A stretch of DNA of 42,989 nucleotides from Deinococcus sp. (GTDB lineage: Bacteria > Deinococcota > Deinococci > Deinococcales > Deinococcaceae), in contig JAGLBF010000003.1 in the NCBI GenBank assembly GCA_018260375.1, positions 1-42,989 of the forward strand. Direction: 5' to 3'. A program made the position numbers and the translations under genes. The notes beneath the pieces were generated by a model, which was not told where the DNA came from, made no database searches, and saw only the letters and a program-made list of their open reading frames with translations. The stretch's first letter is position 1. Each line of letters begins with the position of its first letter. Shown one piece after another: positions 19,632-29,273 of the stretch.

Positions 19632-22376
19632 TCACTGCACCTTATCTTGGCGAAACATATTTGAGGTGAGCATGGTCGAACTATGCCCCCTAACAGTAAA
19701 TTTATCTTTAGCAAGATTTAAACCGTTACCACGAGGGTCAGCTGTTATTTTGCGGCGATAACCCATGAAAATGTTGGGTGTAGATTCTTTAAATCGTCCC
19801 ACATCCATACTGTAACGACTTACTATAGTGCCGAGCAGATTAATATAATTCATATCAGGTATAAAACCAGTACCTTCGCCATTGGTATTATTCTCAGTAA
19901 GGGAAGTATGTAGAGTTAAGCGGCCATCTGGTATTATGAAATTAGCATCAAGCGTAAGGTTAGATTCATTCGTCCTATTTGGTGATATTAGAATTGAATC
20001 TAGGCGATTTATATAAAACAGAGAATATGCAGCAATTTTAACGTCACGCCCCGAATATAGATTAAGGCGATTTTTATCTGTAACACTTTGATTAATAGGA
20101 CGATTTTGTAGAGTCAAATCACTAATAATATATATATTTTTGCTAGATCCTATATTTAATTCTAAATTGGATGCTACGGCTGGAGAGTAATTATCAGGAG
20201 TTCCAGACATTGCAGCTAGGCCAGCCTGTTGCCGTGAATCGGCATTGCGAAGTTGTATATTGCCGTCACCATAAATAGAGCCATTAAAGCGTACAGAAAG
20301 GTTATAATTGTCATCTGCTGTCCAAGGGATAGGTTTCCATTCTTGATCTTTTGCACCAGCAAAGCCAGTAGGCCCAAATTGGTCTTGACCAAGTAGGCCA
20401 GTATAGCTAGAATATTTCATCTCTCCACACGGTTCGGTCACAGTGCAATTATTGACTTTTATCCTTAAAATAACAGGATACTGAGTTCCACTCGCGTAAA
20501 GTCTTACTGAATTTCCTGGGTTAGGTGTAGAACTGATTTCTATAAACTGATAATCGCCCCTAATAGAATAACGACCCGTTGTAGAATTATACGCTCTTGC
20601 CGAATTAGGCCGCCCCCAGTTATCCCAGCTATCACCAGCCTGTATATCCATTCTTACATTATATCCATAACCATCATCAAGTGCTGATGAACTATCTGGG
20701 AAAGGGCCACCACGTTGATCCTTAATCAATCCAGTCTTGTTTTTGAAAAAGACATCCATGATATCTTCAATATTTATACCCTTTAAGGGGTGGCCCGCTG
20801 AATCTGTTGTTTGCACAGGATTTCCTGAAGAATCTAGTGTAATTCCTTTTGAAGCATTGCGCTGGGCAATCAAATTTTTGTCCAATTTAATACCGGTACT
20901 TGCAAGTGCAGTTGGCAGACCTACTTTTAATATAGCAGGATCATCAAGCACTGGTGTATAGGATGAATCAAACTGAGGATCACCACCATTGAACTGTATA
21001 CCACTACCGCTCCAAGCTTTAACTAGAGTCTTGAGCAAAGCATTATCAGGTGTTACCCCAGTAGCCAATTTGCTAGAGGCACTATTTACAAAGACTTCTT
21101 CTAGCTCGCCAGCTGCTAAACCTGTATTCCGCAAATAGGTATCTAAAACTTGCGTAGGGCAACTAGAAGTATCCGGTGTGTTTGTAGTACCTGCCAAAGT
21201 GTTGCGTACACAGCCAGCACTAGCAACTCTTCCATTAAAAACCACACCAGAGTTTCTGGCGAAGCTAAGGAATTCATTGGTAAATACGTCTCCATCAATA
21301 ACTTCTCCAGGATAAAATCCACCACGGTATTGTGTAGCAAAAGCATTATAATTTATAGCAGCAGTAGAGCTATCTTTAGGGTTGGTTTTTTCACTTTCAG
21401 GCATAGTCGTTGCCTTACTTGGCGGCGTACCAGCAAATGTATGGCACAGTGCATTAGCATTCGTTGCCCCTGGAATATCTGCAAGAGGATCACTATTGCC
21501 TGAGTACGCAAAGCCAACTTTCGTACAGGCAGAATCAAAGGTATAAGCACCTAAAGATACGTTGCTAATATCAAACCAGTAAATGCCATTTTTGTCATCA
21601 TTAGTAGATGGAGCGACTACACGTTTACTTCCCGCTGTAGTATTTTCGCCTTGAGTGCTCAAGTTGCCTTTAAACTTAAAACGGTACAAGACAGGCGAAC
21701 TACTGGTGGCGTTATAAAATAAATCTACCTCTAGATTACGCACATTTAAAGTAGATGTATAATTAACATCACCTGTTTGCTTAATTGGTGTAGCTGGCGA
21801 CAAGTATTTAGCCCAAAAATCATTTCTCGAACCTATGTTACCTGTCACCAACGCATTGGCTTGCGCTTGTGCCGTTGCTGCATCAAGGCCATCAGCTTGA
21901 AGGATCGCCGCATAACCGTCCGCTTTAACCAGTTTGCTTAAAATACTGTAGCGTGCCGCATTGGTAGATGTTGCAGGAGGGGTGCAGATACTTACAGTTG
22001 TCGCATTATTGGTTACGCTTTTGGTAACAGAATCTTGGGCATTGGGCACGCTGGTCGTACTGCCAAAACCTGCTCCATCACAGAAATCTGCCACCGAGCT
22101 GGTAATATCTGTCGCCGTTATAGGCGTACCGTTGAGTTTAAAGTCAAATTGGTTGGGCAAAATGCTCTTTTGCAACATGGCAAGGCGGTATATTCCGTGA
22201 GCCGTGCCAGATTCTGCTGCATATTGTGCATTGAGGAGTGTTCCTTGGGTCGCCGTTCCAATGCGGCTAGAAAGTACCAATTGTGAACTGACAAGGAGTA
22301 GGGTGGTCACCAGTATGCTGGCCGTTAAAACAACAACCACAGTGCTCGCGCCCGCTATACGTGCATTCTTATTCAT
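19632..22376 (-). CDS. Large PilX-N-terminal pilin-like protein/tip adhesin (DUF4900/ComZ-like)
   Basis: AG|ASTVVVV prepilin-like N-terminus lacking Glu5, AQYAAESG PilX motif, GDVFTN..F...F.GRV.SAGC and C-terminal DPR; start MNKNAR at 22376. Confidence 0.8.
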   Translation of the reverse strand: MNKNARIAGASTVVVVLTASILVTTLLLVSSQLVLSSRIGTATQGTLLNAQYAAESGTAHGIYRLAMLQKSILPNQFDFKLNGTPITATDITSSVADFCDGAGFGSTTSVPNAQDSVTKSVTNNATTVSICTPPATSTNAARYSILSKLVKADGYAAILQADGLDAATAQAQANALVTGNIGSRNDFWAKYLSPATPIKQTGDVNYTSTLNVRNLEVDLFYNATSSSPVLYRFKFKGNLSTQGENTTAGSKRVVAPSTNDDKNGIYWFDISNVSLGAYTFDSACTKVGFAYSGNSDPLADIPGATNANALCHTFAGTPPSKATTMPESEKTNPKDSSTAAINYNAFATQYRGGFYPGEVIDGDVFTNEFLSFARNSGVVFNGRVASAGCVRNTLAGTTNTPDTSSCPTQVLDTYLRNTGLAAGELEEVFVNSASSKLATGVTPDNALLKTLVKAWSGSGIQFNGGDPQFDSSYTPVLDDPAILKVGLPTALASTGIKLDKNLIAQRNASKGITLDSSGNPVQTTDSAGHPLKGINIEDIMDVFFKNKTGLIKDQRGGPFPDSSSALDDGYGYNVRMDIQAGDSWDNWGRPNSARAYNSTTGRYSIRGDYQFIEISSTPNPGNSVRLYASGTQYPVILRIKVNNCTVTEPCGEMKYSSYTGLLGQDQFGPTGFAGAKDQEWKPIPWTADDNYNLSVRFNGSIYGDGNIQLRNADSRQQAGLAAMSGTPDNYSPAVASNLELNIGSSKNIYIISDLTLQNRPINQSVTDKNRLNLYSGRDVKIAAYSLFYINRLDSILISPNRTNESNLTLDANFIIPDGRLTLHTSLTENNTNGEGTGFIPDMNYINLLGTIVSRYSMDVGRFKESTPNIFMGYRRKITADPRGNGLNLAKDKFTVRGHSSTMLTSNMFRQDKVQ

Positions 22377-22614
22377 AATCAAATTATCTGATGAGTGCTC
22401 CAGACATGTCAGTATAAAATCCGGTAAATTAAATATTAGCAAAAGATGTGGACAAATTTTATGAAAAAGTATCGTCCAGCACGCCTAGGAATAATTAACA
22501 AATAATTTTATCTCATAAACTCACTCAGCAACCCGCTATTATTGTTATCTTTGGCCTCTTGTCAATAAGAATAGATAGTTTTGCTGATTGTATTATTTTA
22601 CAGGACTTTTTACC

Positions 22615-22644
22615 AAAAAAAACCCCCCCCCAATCGGGGGGGGT
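22615..22644 (-). terminator. Intrinsic terminator of the YbjN gene
   Basis: On the minus strand a C-run/G-run stem followed by T8. Confidence 0.85.
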
Positions 22645-22662
22645 ATACCTAAACGTCTGAGC

Positions 22663-23115
22663 TTAGGCCTGAGGCTGGGGAGGGGTGATCTGCACACCTT
22701 CCAAGAAGGCGTAGTCGTCTTGGAAGTGCATCAGCACGCCGCCGAACAGCGTGTCAAAGGTTTCTTGGGGCATTTCGGTGAGGGTAGGATAAAAGCCGAC
22801 GTACTCCAGCCACACGTTGCCGTCAGCGTCAATGCTGCGGGCAAAGGCGCGCTCGCGGTTGCGGTCGTTGAGGATCTGCATCACTTCCATGCGGCGAGCG
22901 GTGTACTGCTTTTGGGTTACACAGGTCACTTCCAGGCGGCTGGTGTTCTGGGGGCCGTCATTTACCGACACCAGCACGGCGGCGTCGCCCATTTCAAAGC
23001 GCCAGCCCATGCGGATAAAGCGCTGACCATTGTTGTCTTCCATATCAAGCTGAACTTCACGTTCTTTCAGATATTTGGCGAGGGTATCCAGGGTAAGCAG
23101 TGCGACTTCTGTCAT
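22663..23115 (-). CDS. YbjN-domain (T3SS-chaperone-like fold) protein
   Basis: [22 protein letters not shown]; SD AGGAGG; strongly biased codons. Confidence 0.75.
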   Translation of the reverse strand: MTEVALLTLDTLAKYLKEREVQLDMEDNNGQRFIRMGWRFEMGDAAVLVSVNDGPQNTSRLEVTCVTQKQYTARRMEVMQILNDRNRERAFARSIDADGNVWLEYVGFYPTLTEMPQETFDTLFGGVLMHFQDDYAFLEGVQITPPQPQA

Positions 23116-23230
23116 ATAACATTCCTCCTAAAGAAATACGTTTCATTGTAGCGCGTCTGAGCTGAGCAGACATTAGGGCTGAGCTTATTGCCTACTCAGC
23201 AGAGGGCCATAACCGCCGCGCCTCCACCGC

Positions 23231-24286
23231 CTACAGACGCGTCTTAGGACTCGCGGACAGCACCTCATAACCTGTCTCTGTCACCAGTACCAGGTCTTCG
23301 ATACGCAGTCCGGTCTGCCCTGGCACATACACCCCGGGCTCAATAGTAATGACCATACCCGCTTCCAGCACGTCCTCAGACTGGGCGTAGAGGCTCGGGC
23401 CTTCATGGATATTAAGGCCCACACCGTGCCCCAGCGAGTGAACAAAATACTCGGCCAGGCCGTACTGCTCCAGCGTGTTGCGGCTGATTTGGTCAAGGTC
23501 GGCGGCGCGTACGCCAGGTTTGACGGCGGCAAGGGCGGCTTCTTCGGCCTCTAGCACGGCGCGGTAAAGGCGGATATGCTCATCACTCTGCGGCCCTACG
23601 GCTACCGTGCGGGTCATGTCCGAATGGTAGCCGTCTTTGAGTGCGCCAAAGTCAAAGGTCACCAGTTCGCCGTCTTGCAACAGCTTGTCGGTGGCGCGTC
23701 CGTGTGGCAAAGCCCCGCGCTCACCGCTAGCGACGATGGTTTCAAAGGCCGGGCCCTGAGCACCAAGTTCGCGCATGGCCTGCTCCAGTTTGCCGGCCAA
23801 AGCCGCCTCACTGACCCCCGCTACCACCTGCGGCAAAAGCTGGGCAAAGGCCGCGTCAGCGATAGCCTGGGCCGCGCGTATGGCGGCTAGCTCATCTTGC
23901 ATTTTGACCATTCGCAGCGGCTCAATCAGTCCGCGTGTGGTCTGCAAGGTGCTCTGGGGCCAGGCGGCTTGAAGATCTTGGTAGGCTGCCACAGACAGGT
24001 GATTGGCTTCTATGCCCACCTTGAGCCCCACGAGCGACGCGTGGGCATGCTCGTACACGGCAAGTCCGCGTGCAATGTGAACAGGAAGGGTGGATTCTTG
24101 CTGTGCCTGCACGGTGTAGCGTGCGTCGGTGTACAGCGTGGCGTGTTCAGGCGTAACAAGTACGCGGGCATCTTCGGGGCTGGAGAAGCGGCTGAGGTAA
24201 CGCACATTTTCAGGCTGCGTCACCCACACGGCGTCAAGCTGCGCGCCCTTCATGCTCTGGCGCAGGCGGTCAAGTGGTGTGGTCAT
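23231..24286 (-). CDS. Xaa-Pro aminopeptidase/dipeptidase (M24B)
   Basis: [53 protein letters not shown]. Confidence 0.95.
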   Translation of the reverse strand: MTTPLDRLRQSMKGAQLDAVWVTQPENVRYLSRFSSPEDARVLVTPEHATLYTDARYTVQAQQESTLPVHIARGLAVYEHAHASLVGLKVGIEANHLSVAAYQDLQAAWPQSTLQTTRGLIEPLRMVKMQDELAAIRAAQAIADAAFAQLLPQVVAGVSEAALAGKLEQAMRELGAQGPAFETIVASGERGALPHGRATDKLLQDGELVTFDFGALKDGYHSDMTRTVAVGPQSDEHIRLYRAVLEAEEAALAAVKPGVRAADLDQISRNTLEQYGLAEYFVHSLGHGVGLNIHEGPSLYAQSEDVLEAGMVITIEPGVYVPGQTGLRIEDLVLVTETGYEVLSASPKTRL

Positions 24287-24410
24287 CAGGTGAGTATAGG
24301 GGTTTGGACGGCGGCGTGCTTAAAAGATGGCGCACAGGTCAGGGTTACGCCTCTTTAAACATATATTCACAAGTAAGTAACTAAAACTATAATTCACAAA
24401 CTTTTGCCCT

Positions 24411-24458
24411 AAAAAATGAAGGAGCGCGGCCCTCCACCTTTGTTGTGAGCCACACTCC
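24411..24458 (-). terminator. Intrinsic terminator after aspS
   Basis: Minus strand ggagtgtggctc...gggccgcgctcc (12-bp stem with G-U pairs) followed by ttcatttttt. Confidence 0.7.
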
Positions 24459-24477
24459 TCCTCCGTTACTCTGTAGT

Positions 24478-26202
24478 CTAGTTGAGCGTTTGTATGCCCA
24501 GCTCGGCCAGTTGCGCGGCGTCTACGGGCGCGGGGGCCTGGGCCATCAGGTCAGCGCCACGGTTATTTTTGGGGAAAGCGATGACTTCGCGGATGCTGCT
24601 GGCACCGCTCATCACCATAATCAGCCGGTCAAATCCCCAGGCCACGCCGCCGTGCGGTGGTGTACCACTGGCGAGGGCGTCTAGAAAAAAGCCGAACTGG
24701 GCGCGGGCTTCAGCCTCAGTAAAGCCAAGAGCGGCAAACATTTTGGTCTGCACATCGGCGTCATGGATGCGGATAGAGCCGCCGCCCACCTCAAAGCCGT
24801 TGAGCACCAAATCGTAGGCCTGGGCGCGGATTTCACCCTGCCGCTCGGTACCAAACAGGGCGAGGTCTTCGGGGTGAGGGGCGGTAAAGGGGTGGTGCAT
24901 GTAGGTCCAGCGTGCCTGCTCTTCGTCATATTCCAGCTGCGGGAAGTCAACCACCCAGGAGATATGAAATTTCGGGCCGCCCGCTGTCAAGTCAAAGAGG
25001 TCGCGCAGGGCCAGGCGTACCGCTCCCAGCGCCGTGACTGACTTTTTCCACTCGCCAGCAACAAAGAGAAGAGTGCCTTTTTCGGCAACGCCCGTGCGTG
25101 CGATCAGCTCAGCCGCTACGCTGCCTACAAACTTGCTGATGCCGCCGGTAAAGCCCTCGCCCTCACGGCGCAGCCAGGCCAGGCCACCTGCGCCATTTTG
25201 CTTAGCGACGCGTTCAAGCTCGTCAATCTGCTTGCGGGTCAGTTCGCCGGCTGCCAGCGCCTTGACCGTTTTGGCCTGGCTAAACGCCGCAAATTCGCCG
25301 CCCGCAAAAAGGTCGCTGACCTCTACAAATGCACTCTCAAAGCGCAAGTCGGGCTTGTCAGAGCCATACTTATCCAGCGCCTCAACGTAGCTCAGGCGTG
25401 AAAAAGGCTGGGGCAACTCCACATTGAGCACCGTGCGAAAGATGTGGCGCATAAGCCGCTCGTTGAGGTCAAGCACGTCCTCTTGGTCGACAAAGCTCAT
25501 CTCCATATCCAGCTGGGTAAAGTCAGGCTGACGGTCGGCACGCAGGTCTTCGTCGCGAAAGCAGCGGGCGAGCTGGTAGTAGCGGTCAAAGCCGGCGATC
25601 ATCAGCAACTGCTTAAACAGCTGGGGGCTTTGGGGCAGGGCGTAAAACTCGCCCGGATTGAGGCGGCTGGGCACCAAAAAGTCACGCGCGCCTTCAGGGG
25701 TAGAGCGGGTGAGCATCGGCGTTTCGACGTTGACAAAGCCCTCAGCGTCCAAAAAGGCGGTCATGGCCGCCGACACTTTGGAGCGCAGCCACAGCTTTTC
25801 AAACATTTCGGGGCGGCGCAGGTCAAGGTAGCGGTACTTGAGGCGGATGTCTTCTGCGACCTCCGATCCCTTGTTCAGCTCAAAAGGGGGCGTAGTGGCT
25901 GCAGACAGCACCCGGGCCGCTGTCGCCAGCAGTTCGTACTGCCCCAGACCCTCTTTGCGCTGGCCTTCGGGGCGCTGCTGCAACTGGCCGGTAAACTCGG
26001 CGACGTACTCACTGCGCATGCGGTCAGCCTCGGCAAAGGCGGCACTGCCGGGTTCAATCTGCACCTGCACGGTGCCTGATCGGTCGCGCAGGTCAATAAA
26101 AATCAGTCCGCCCAGGTCGCGGCGGCGGCTCACCCAGCCTTGCAGGGTGATGGTTTGGTCAAGGTAAGAGGCAATGTCGCAGATGTAGGCGGTTCTTTTC
26201 AT
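24478..26202 (-). CDS. aspS: Aspartate--tRNA ligase (bacterial type with GAD domain)
   Basis: [62 protein letters not shown]. Confidence 0.98.
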   Translation of the reverse strand: MKRTAYICDIASYLDQTITLQGWVSRRRDLGGLIFIDLRDRSGTVQVQIEPGSAAFAEADRMRSEYVAEFTGQLQQRPEGQRKEGLGQYELLATAARVLSAATTPPFELNKGSEVAEDIRLKYRYLDLRRPEMFEKLWLRSKVSAAMTAFLDAEGFVNVETPMLTRSTPEGARDFLVPSRLNPGEFYALPQSPQLFKQLLMIAGFDRYYQLARCFRDEDLRADRQPDFTQLDMEMSFVDQEDVLDLNERLMRHIFRTVLNVELPQPFSRLSYVEALDKYGSDKPDLRFESAFVEVSDLFAGGEFAAFSQAKTVKALAAGELTRKQIDELERVAKQNGAGGLAWLRREGEGFTGGISKFVGSVAAELIARTGVAEKGTLLFVAGEWKKSVTALGAVRLALRDLFDLTAGGPKFHISWVVDFPQLEYDEEQARWTYMHHPFTAPHPEDLALFGTERQGEIRAQAYDLVLNGFEVGGGSIRIHDADVQTKMFAALGFTEAEARAQFGFFLDALASGTPPHGGVAWGFDRLIMVMSGASSIREVIAFPKNNRGADLMAQAPAPVDAAQLAELGIQTLN

Positions 26203-26292
26203 GGAAGTCCTTGGGGAGAGAGCTGGGATAAGGGAAGATCAACAAGAGAGTGCGCTATGCATTCAGCCGGCCTGACTGGTACGGTCAGACCT

Positions 26293-27576
26293 TTAAAGTA
26301 CATCTGCCAGTGCTGCTTGCGCGACGACGCGCTGCTCGCCCGTGTCTAGGTTCTTGAGGCTTACCGTCTGGGATGCGGCCTCATCACTGCCTAGAAAGCC
26401 CACCCAAACGGCATTTCTACGCTCAGCTTCGCTGAAGATCTGCTTCATTTTAAGCGGGCGGTAGGCAAATTCTACCTGGGCAAGGTGACGCAGGCCCAGC
26501 GCCAGCTCAGCAGTAACGGCCAGTTGGTCGGCGTCCAGCGCCGCCAGAAACAGGGCAGGGCGCGGCGGGGCAGGGAAGGTGAGGCCCTCATCTTGCATGG
26601 CGATCAGCAGCCGCTCTACACCCAGCGCCCAGCCAATACCTGGTATGGGGTCTTTGGCGCCGAGCGCCTGGGCCAGCCCATCATAGCGCCCGCCGCCGCC
26701 CAGCGCTGACTTAGCGCCCACACCTTCGTGGTGCAGTTCCCAGGCGGTGCGGCGGTAGTAATCCAGCCCGCGCACGATGGTGGGATCAATGTCAAAGGGA
26801 ATACCCCAGGCGTGCAAAGTGCGCTGCACCTCGGCAAAATGCGCGGCAGCTTCTTCACCCAGGAAATCCAGCATAGGCTGAATATTCATGTCTGCTATAA
26901 GTTCTTGGTCTACAGGCGCTTTGCTGTCTAAAATGCGCATGGGGTTGCGCGTGAGGCGGTCTTGCGAGTCGGGCGAAAGCTGGTCATACAGCGGCGTAAA
27001 CCGTTCACGCAGATAAGCGTTGTAGCGCTCACGGTCAGCGGCGTCACCGATAGAGCCGAGCTTGATACGGGCATGTTTGAGGCCCAGCGCCTCTATCACG
27101 TTCCACATCAGGGCGATGGCTTCAGCGTCAACCAGTGCCGCGTCTGAGCCGATAATCTCGTAGTCAAGCTGATGAAACTGGCGGTAGCGGCCTTTTTGAT
27201 GCCGTTCAGCACGGAACATCGGCCCGTGTGTCCACAGTTTCAGCGGCAAAGGCAGTTGCTTTAGGCCGTTTTCCATATAGGCACGCATCAACGACGCTGT
27301 TCCCTCTGGTCGCAAAATATAGCCGCCGTGATCACCGTGATGAGACACCGTAAACTGCTCCTTGCGGACAATATCGGTGCTGTCCCCCACGCCGCGCTTG
27401 ACCAGTTCGGCTTCCTCAAAGACCGGGGTGAATATCAGCTTGGCACCTGCCCGCTCCAGCACCTGCTGGGCCGTAGCGGTCAAAAAGTTCAGGTTGCTGG
27501 CGCCAAATTCGGGCGAAAATCCTGGGCTACCAGCAGGTAAAAAATCTTGTGTTCCTTTGGGGCGTTTTACAGACAT
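26293..27576 (-). CDS. hisS: Histidine--tRNA ligase
   Basis: [49 protein letters not shown]; TATCAT-N5-ATG at 27576. Confidence 0.97.
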   Translation of the reverse strand: MSVKRPKGTQDFLPAGSPGFSPEFGASNLNFLTATAQQVLERAGAKLIFTPVFEEAELVKRGVGDSTDIVRKEQFTVSHHGDHGGYILRPEGTASLMRAYMENGLKQLPLPLKLWTHGPMFRAERHQKGRYRQFHQLDYEIIGSDAALVDAEAIALMWNVIEALGLKHARIKLGSIGDAADRERYNAYLRERFTPLYDQLSPDSQDRLTRNPMRILDSKAPVDQELIADMNIQPMLDFLGEEAAAHFAEVQRTLHAWGIPFDIDPTIVRGLDYYRRTAWELHHEGVGAKSALGGGGRYDGLAQALGAKDPIPGIGWALGVERLLIAMQDEGLTFPAPPRPALFLAALDADQLAVTAELALGLRHLAQVEFAYRPLKMKQIFSEAERRNAVWVGFLGSDEAASQTVSLKNLDTGEQRVVAQAALADVL

Positions 27577-27607
27577 ACGCGATGATAGCCAAAAAAAGTG
27601 CCTCAGG

Positions 27608-27745
27608 GTCTGTGTGGCTAGAGACTGTGTAGCCAGGGCTGCGTGGCTAGAGAGAGTCTGTGTGACCAGGGGGTGAGCCACTGAAGGATTGCCGGGCGCA
27701 CGGGGCTCAGCCGCGCAGCCAAAAGGGCTCAGCCGCGCAACAAAA
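27608..27745. repeat. Degenerate ~15-bp tandem repeats plus a 22-bp-period duplication upstream of hisS
   Basis: ctgtgtggctaga / ctgtgtagccagg / ctgcgtggctaga / ctgtgtgaccagg; gggctcagccgcgca at 27703 and 27725. Confidence 0.65.
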
Positions 27746-27777
27746 AACCGCCAGCACCAAGGGGTGGGGCCAGCGGT
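27742..27777 (-). terminator. Terminator of the IPT/TIG lipoprotein gene
   Basis: Minus strand accgctggc...gctggcggt followed by a T-run. Confidence 0.65.
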
Positions 27778-27811
27778 GAATAAAAAGGGGAGAGGGTCTA
27801 CTCAAGCCACC

Positions 27812-27871
27812 TTACTGGGCGACAGTTTACTAGGTTACAGCTTACCGGGTTACAGTTTACTGGGCAACGCT
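27812..27871. repeat. Four 15-bp tandem units, each ending in TAA on the minus strand
   Basis: ttactgggcgacagt / ttactaggttacagc / ttaccgggttacagt / ttactgggcaacgct; the last unit is the gene's own 3' end. Confidence 0.8.
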
Positions 27872-28225
27872 AAAGGGCAGGCCTGTGCTGGGCATACCAG
27901 CGACCTCAATAAACATCCAGCTTCCGCCAACAGGGGCATTGGCGGGGACAGTAAAGACAATCTGGGTGTCTGTCCAGGTTTTGACAGCGCTGTCAGGAAT
28001 CAGGTAGCCGCCGTTATGGTCTGCATCGGCACCCAGACGAATGTGGCCTGTGGAAGGGCCACCCAGATAACGGCCCTGCACCGTTACATCACTACCGCGT
28101 GCGCTGCTTTCAGAGACTTTAATAAGCAAGGGAGTCTGGGTAACACCTGCTACAGTGCTGGTGCGCGGCGCACAGGATGCCAGTGTACCAACCAAGAGTA
28201 AAGAGCCGAGTATAATTTTTTGCAT
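27857..28225 (-). CDS. Lipoprotein with IPT/TIG (Ig-like) domain
   Basis: Lipobox LASC; VTVQGRYLG, WTDTQIVFTVP; SD GGAGG. Confidence 0.85.
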   Translation of the reverse strand: MQKIILGSLLLVGTLASCAPRTSTVAGVTQTPLLIKVSESSARGSDVTVQGRYLGGPSTGHIRLGADADHNGGYLIPDSAVKTWTDTQIVFTVPANAPVGGSWMFIEVAGMPSTGLPFSVAQ

Positions 28226-28299
28226 AACAGTGCCTCCGTAAACGTAGTTTAATGGTCTGTCAGGCCGGATAGCTACCCCCCCACCACTGCTACCACACT

Positions 28300-29223
28300 A
28301 TGAGCCAACCCATCCTTCTTATTTACAATCCAAGCTCTGGCAAAGGCCAGTCGCAGTTGCCAGGTTTTATCAGAGAACTTGAGCGGCTTGGCCGCACGGT
28401 GACGGCCCGCGAGCTGGGTGAAGGTGTACGTATCGCCACCCTGCTCACAGACGCTGAGCGCTTTGAGGGGGTGGTGGTGGCCGGCGGTGACGGAACGGTC
28501 AGTTCAGCGGCCTACGCCCTCAAATACCGCCAGGTGCCGCTGCTGGCCTATCCGGCAGGCACCGCCAACCTGATCGCCCAGAACCTGCGGCTTGAGGAAA
28601 AACCCGCCGAACTAGCCGCTGTTGTGGCTAAGGGACGGACATTAACGCTTGATATAGGTGAGTTAGAGGTGCTGGGCGAGGGGCGTCAAAAGCACGGCTT
28701 TGTTATTCTGGCGGGCGCAGGTGCTGACGCGGCGATGATACGCGACGCTGAAGAGCTGAAGGGCAAATTCGGGGTGATGGCGTATGTGGTAGGCGTCCTC
28801 AAGCAGCTTCAACCCAAATCCAGTGAGTTTCAGTTGACGCTAGACGGCCGGGTGATCACCCAGGAAGCCGTGACGGTGATGGTAGCCAACTTTGGCATGG
28901 CGAATTACCGCCTGCCTATCGCCTCTGACATCAGCCCCAGTGACGGCCAGCTGACGGTGGTGGTGCTCAAGGCTGGCAACCTGCTGCATCTGCTGCCGAA
29001 TCTGCTGGACTCGGTGCGCGCCAGGCTCAACTTTAGCGAATGGGGGCTGGGCAAGAATATGGACATCTACCAAGCCCGCGAGGTGATGGTCAGGGCCGCT
29101 GATCCGTTTCCGCTGCAATATGACGGCGAGCTGCACACCGAAACCACGCCCTTTACCGCACGGGTGCTGCCTGGGGCGGTGCAGTTTTTGACGCCGTTGC
29201 GTCAGCAGGATTTGAATACCTGA
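28300..29223 (+). CDS. Diacylglycerol/lipid kinase family protein (YegS/BmrU-like)
   Basis: [31 protein letters not shown]. Confidence 0.93.
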   Translation: MSQPILLIYNPSSGKGQSQLPGFIRELERLGRTVTARELGEGVRIATLLTDAERFEGVVVAGGDGTVSSAAYALKYRQVPLLAYPAGTANLIAQNLRLEEKPAELAAVVAKGRTLTLDIGELEVLGEGRQKHGFVILAGAGADAAMIRDAEELKGKFGVMAYVVGVLKQLQPKSSEFQLTLDGRVITQEAVTVMVANFGMANYRLPIASDISPSDGQLTVVVLKAGNLLHLLPNLLDSVRARLNFSEWGLGKNMDIYQAREVMVRAADPFPLQYDGELHTETTPFTARVLPGAVQFLTPLRQQDLNT

Positions 29224-29270
29224 TACGGACTGCGCTACATTCCACCACAGTCTGAAAAGCAGCGACTGGG
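29221..29270 (-). repeat. Truncated, decayed repeat copy whose end coincides with the TGA stop of the kinase gene
   Basis: tgatacggactgcgctacattccaccacagtctgaaaagc is approximately the reverse complement of the element right end. Confidence 0.8.
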
Positions 29271-29273
29271 CTG

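Larger units (their letters stand above)
17715..22625 (-). other. Low-GC island carrying the minor pilin operon
   Basis: Abrupt switch to AT-rich sequence (roughly 40% GC by eye) between asnS and the YbjN gene; no integrase or transposase inside. Confidence 0.85.

Noticed and set aside
24362-24400. Two ATTCACAA boxes (another near 32473) as DnaA boxes or an origin
   Set aside because: Only imperfect matches, too few, and no dnaA/dnaN context
24409-24453. Minus-strand mini-ORF MAHNKGGGPRSFIF with a GGAGG SD, resembling the L27 N-terminus
   Set aside because: It coincides exactly with the aspS terminator stem and T-tract, which explains the sequence; the similarity is too short to be meaningful
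27577-27745. T-box leader for hisS-aspS
   Set aside because: No T-box consensus seen; hisS has a leaderless-type -10 directly before the ATG
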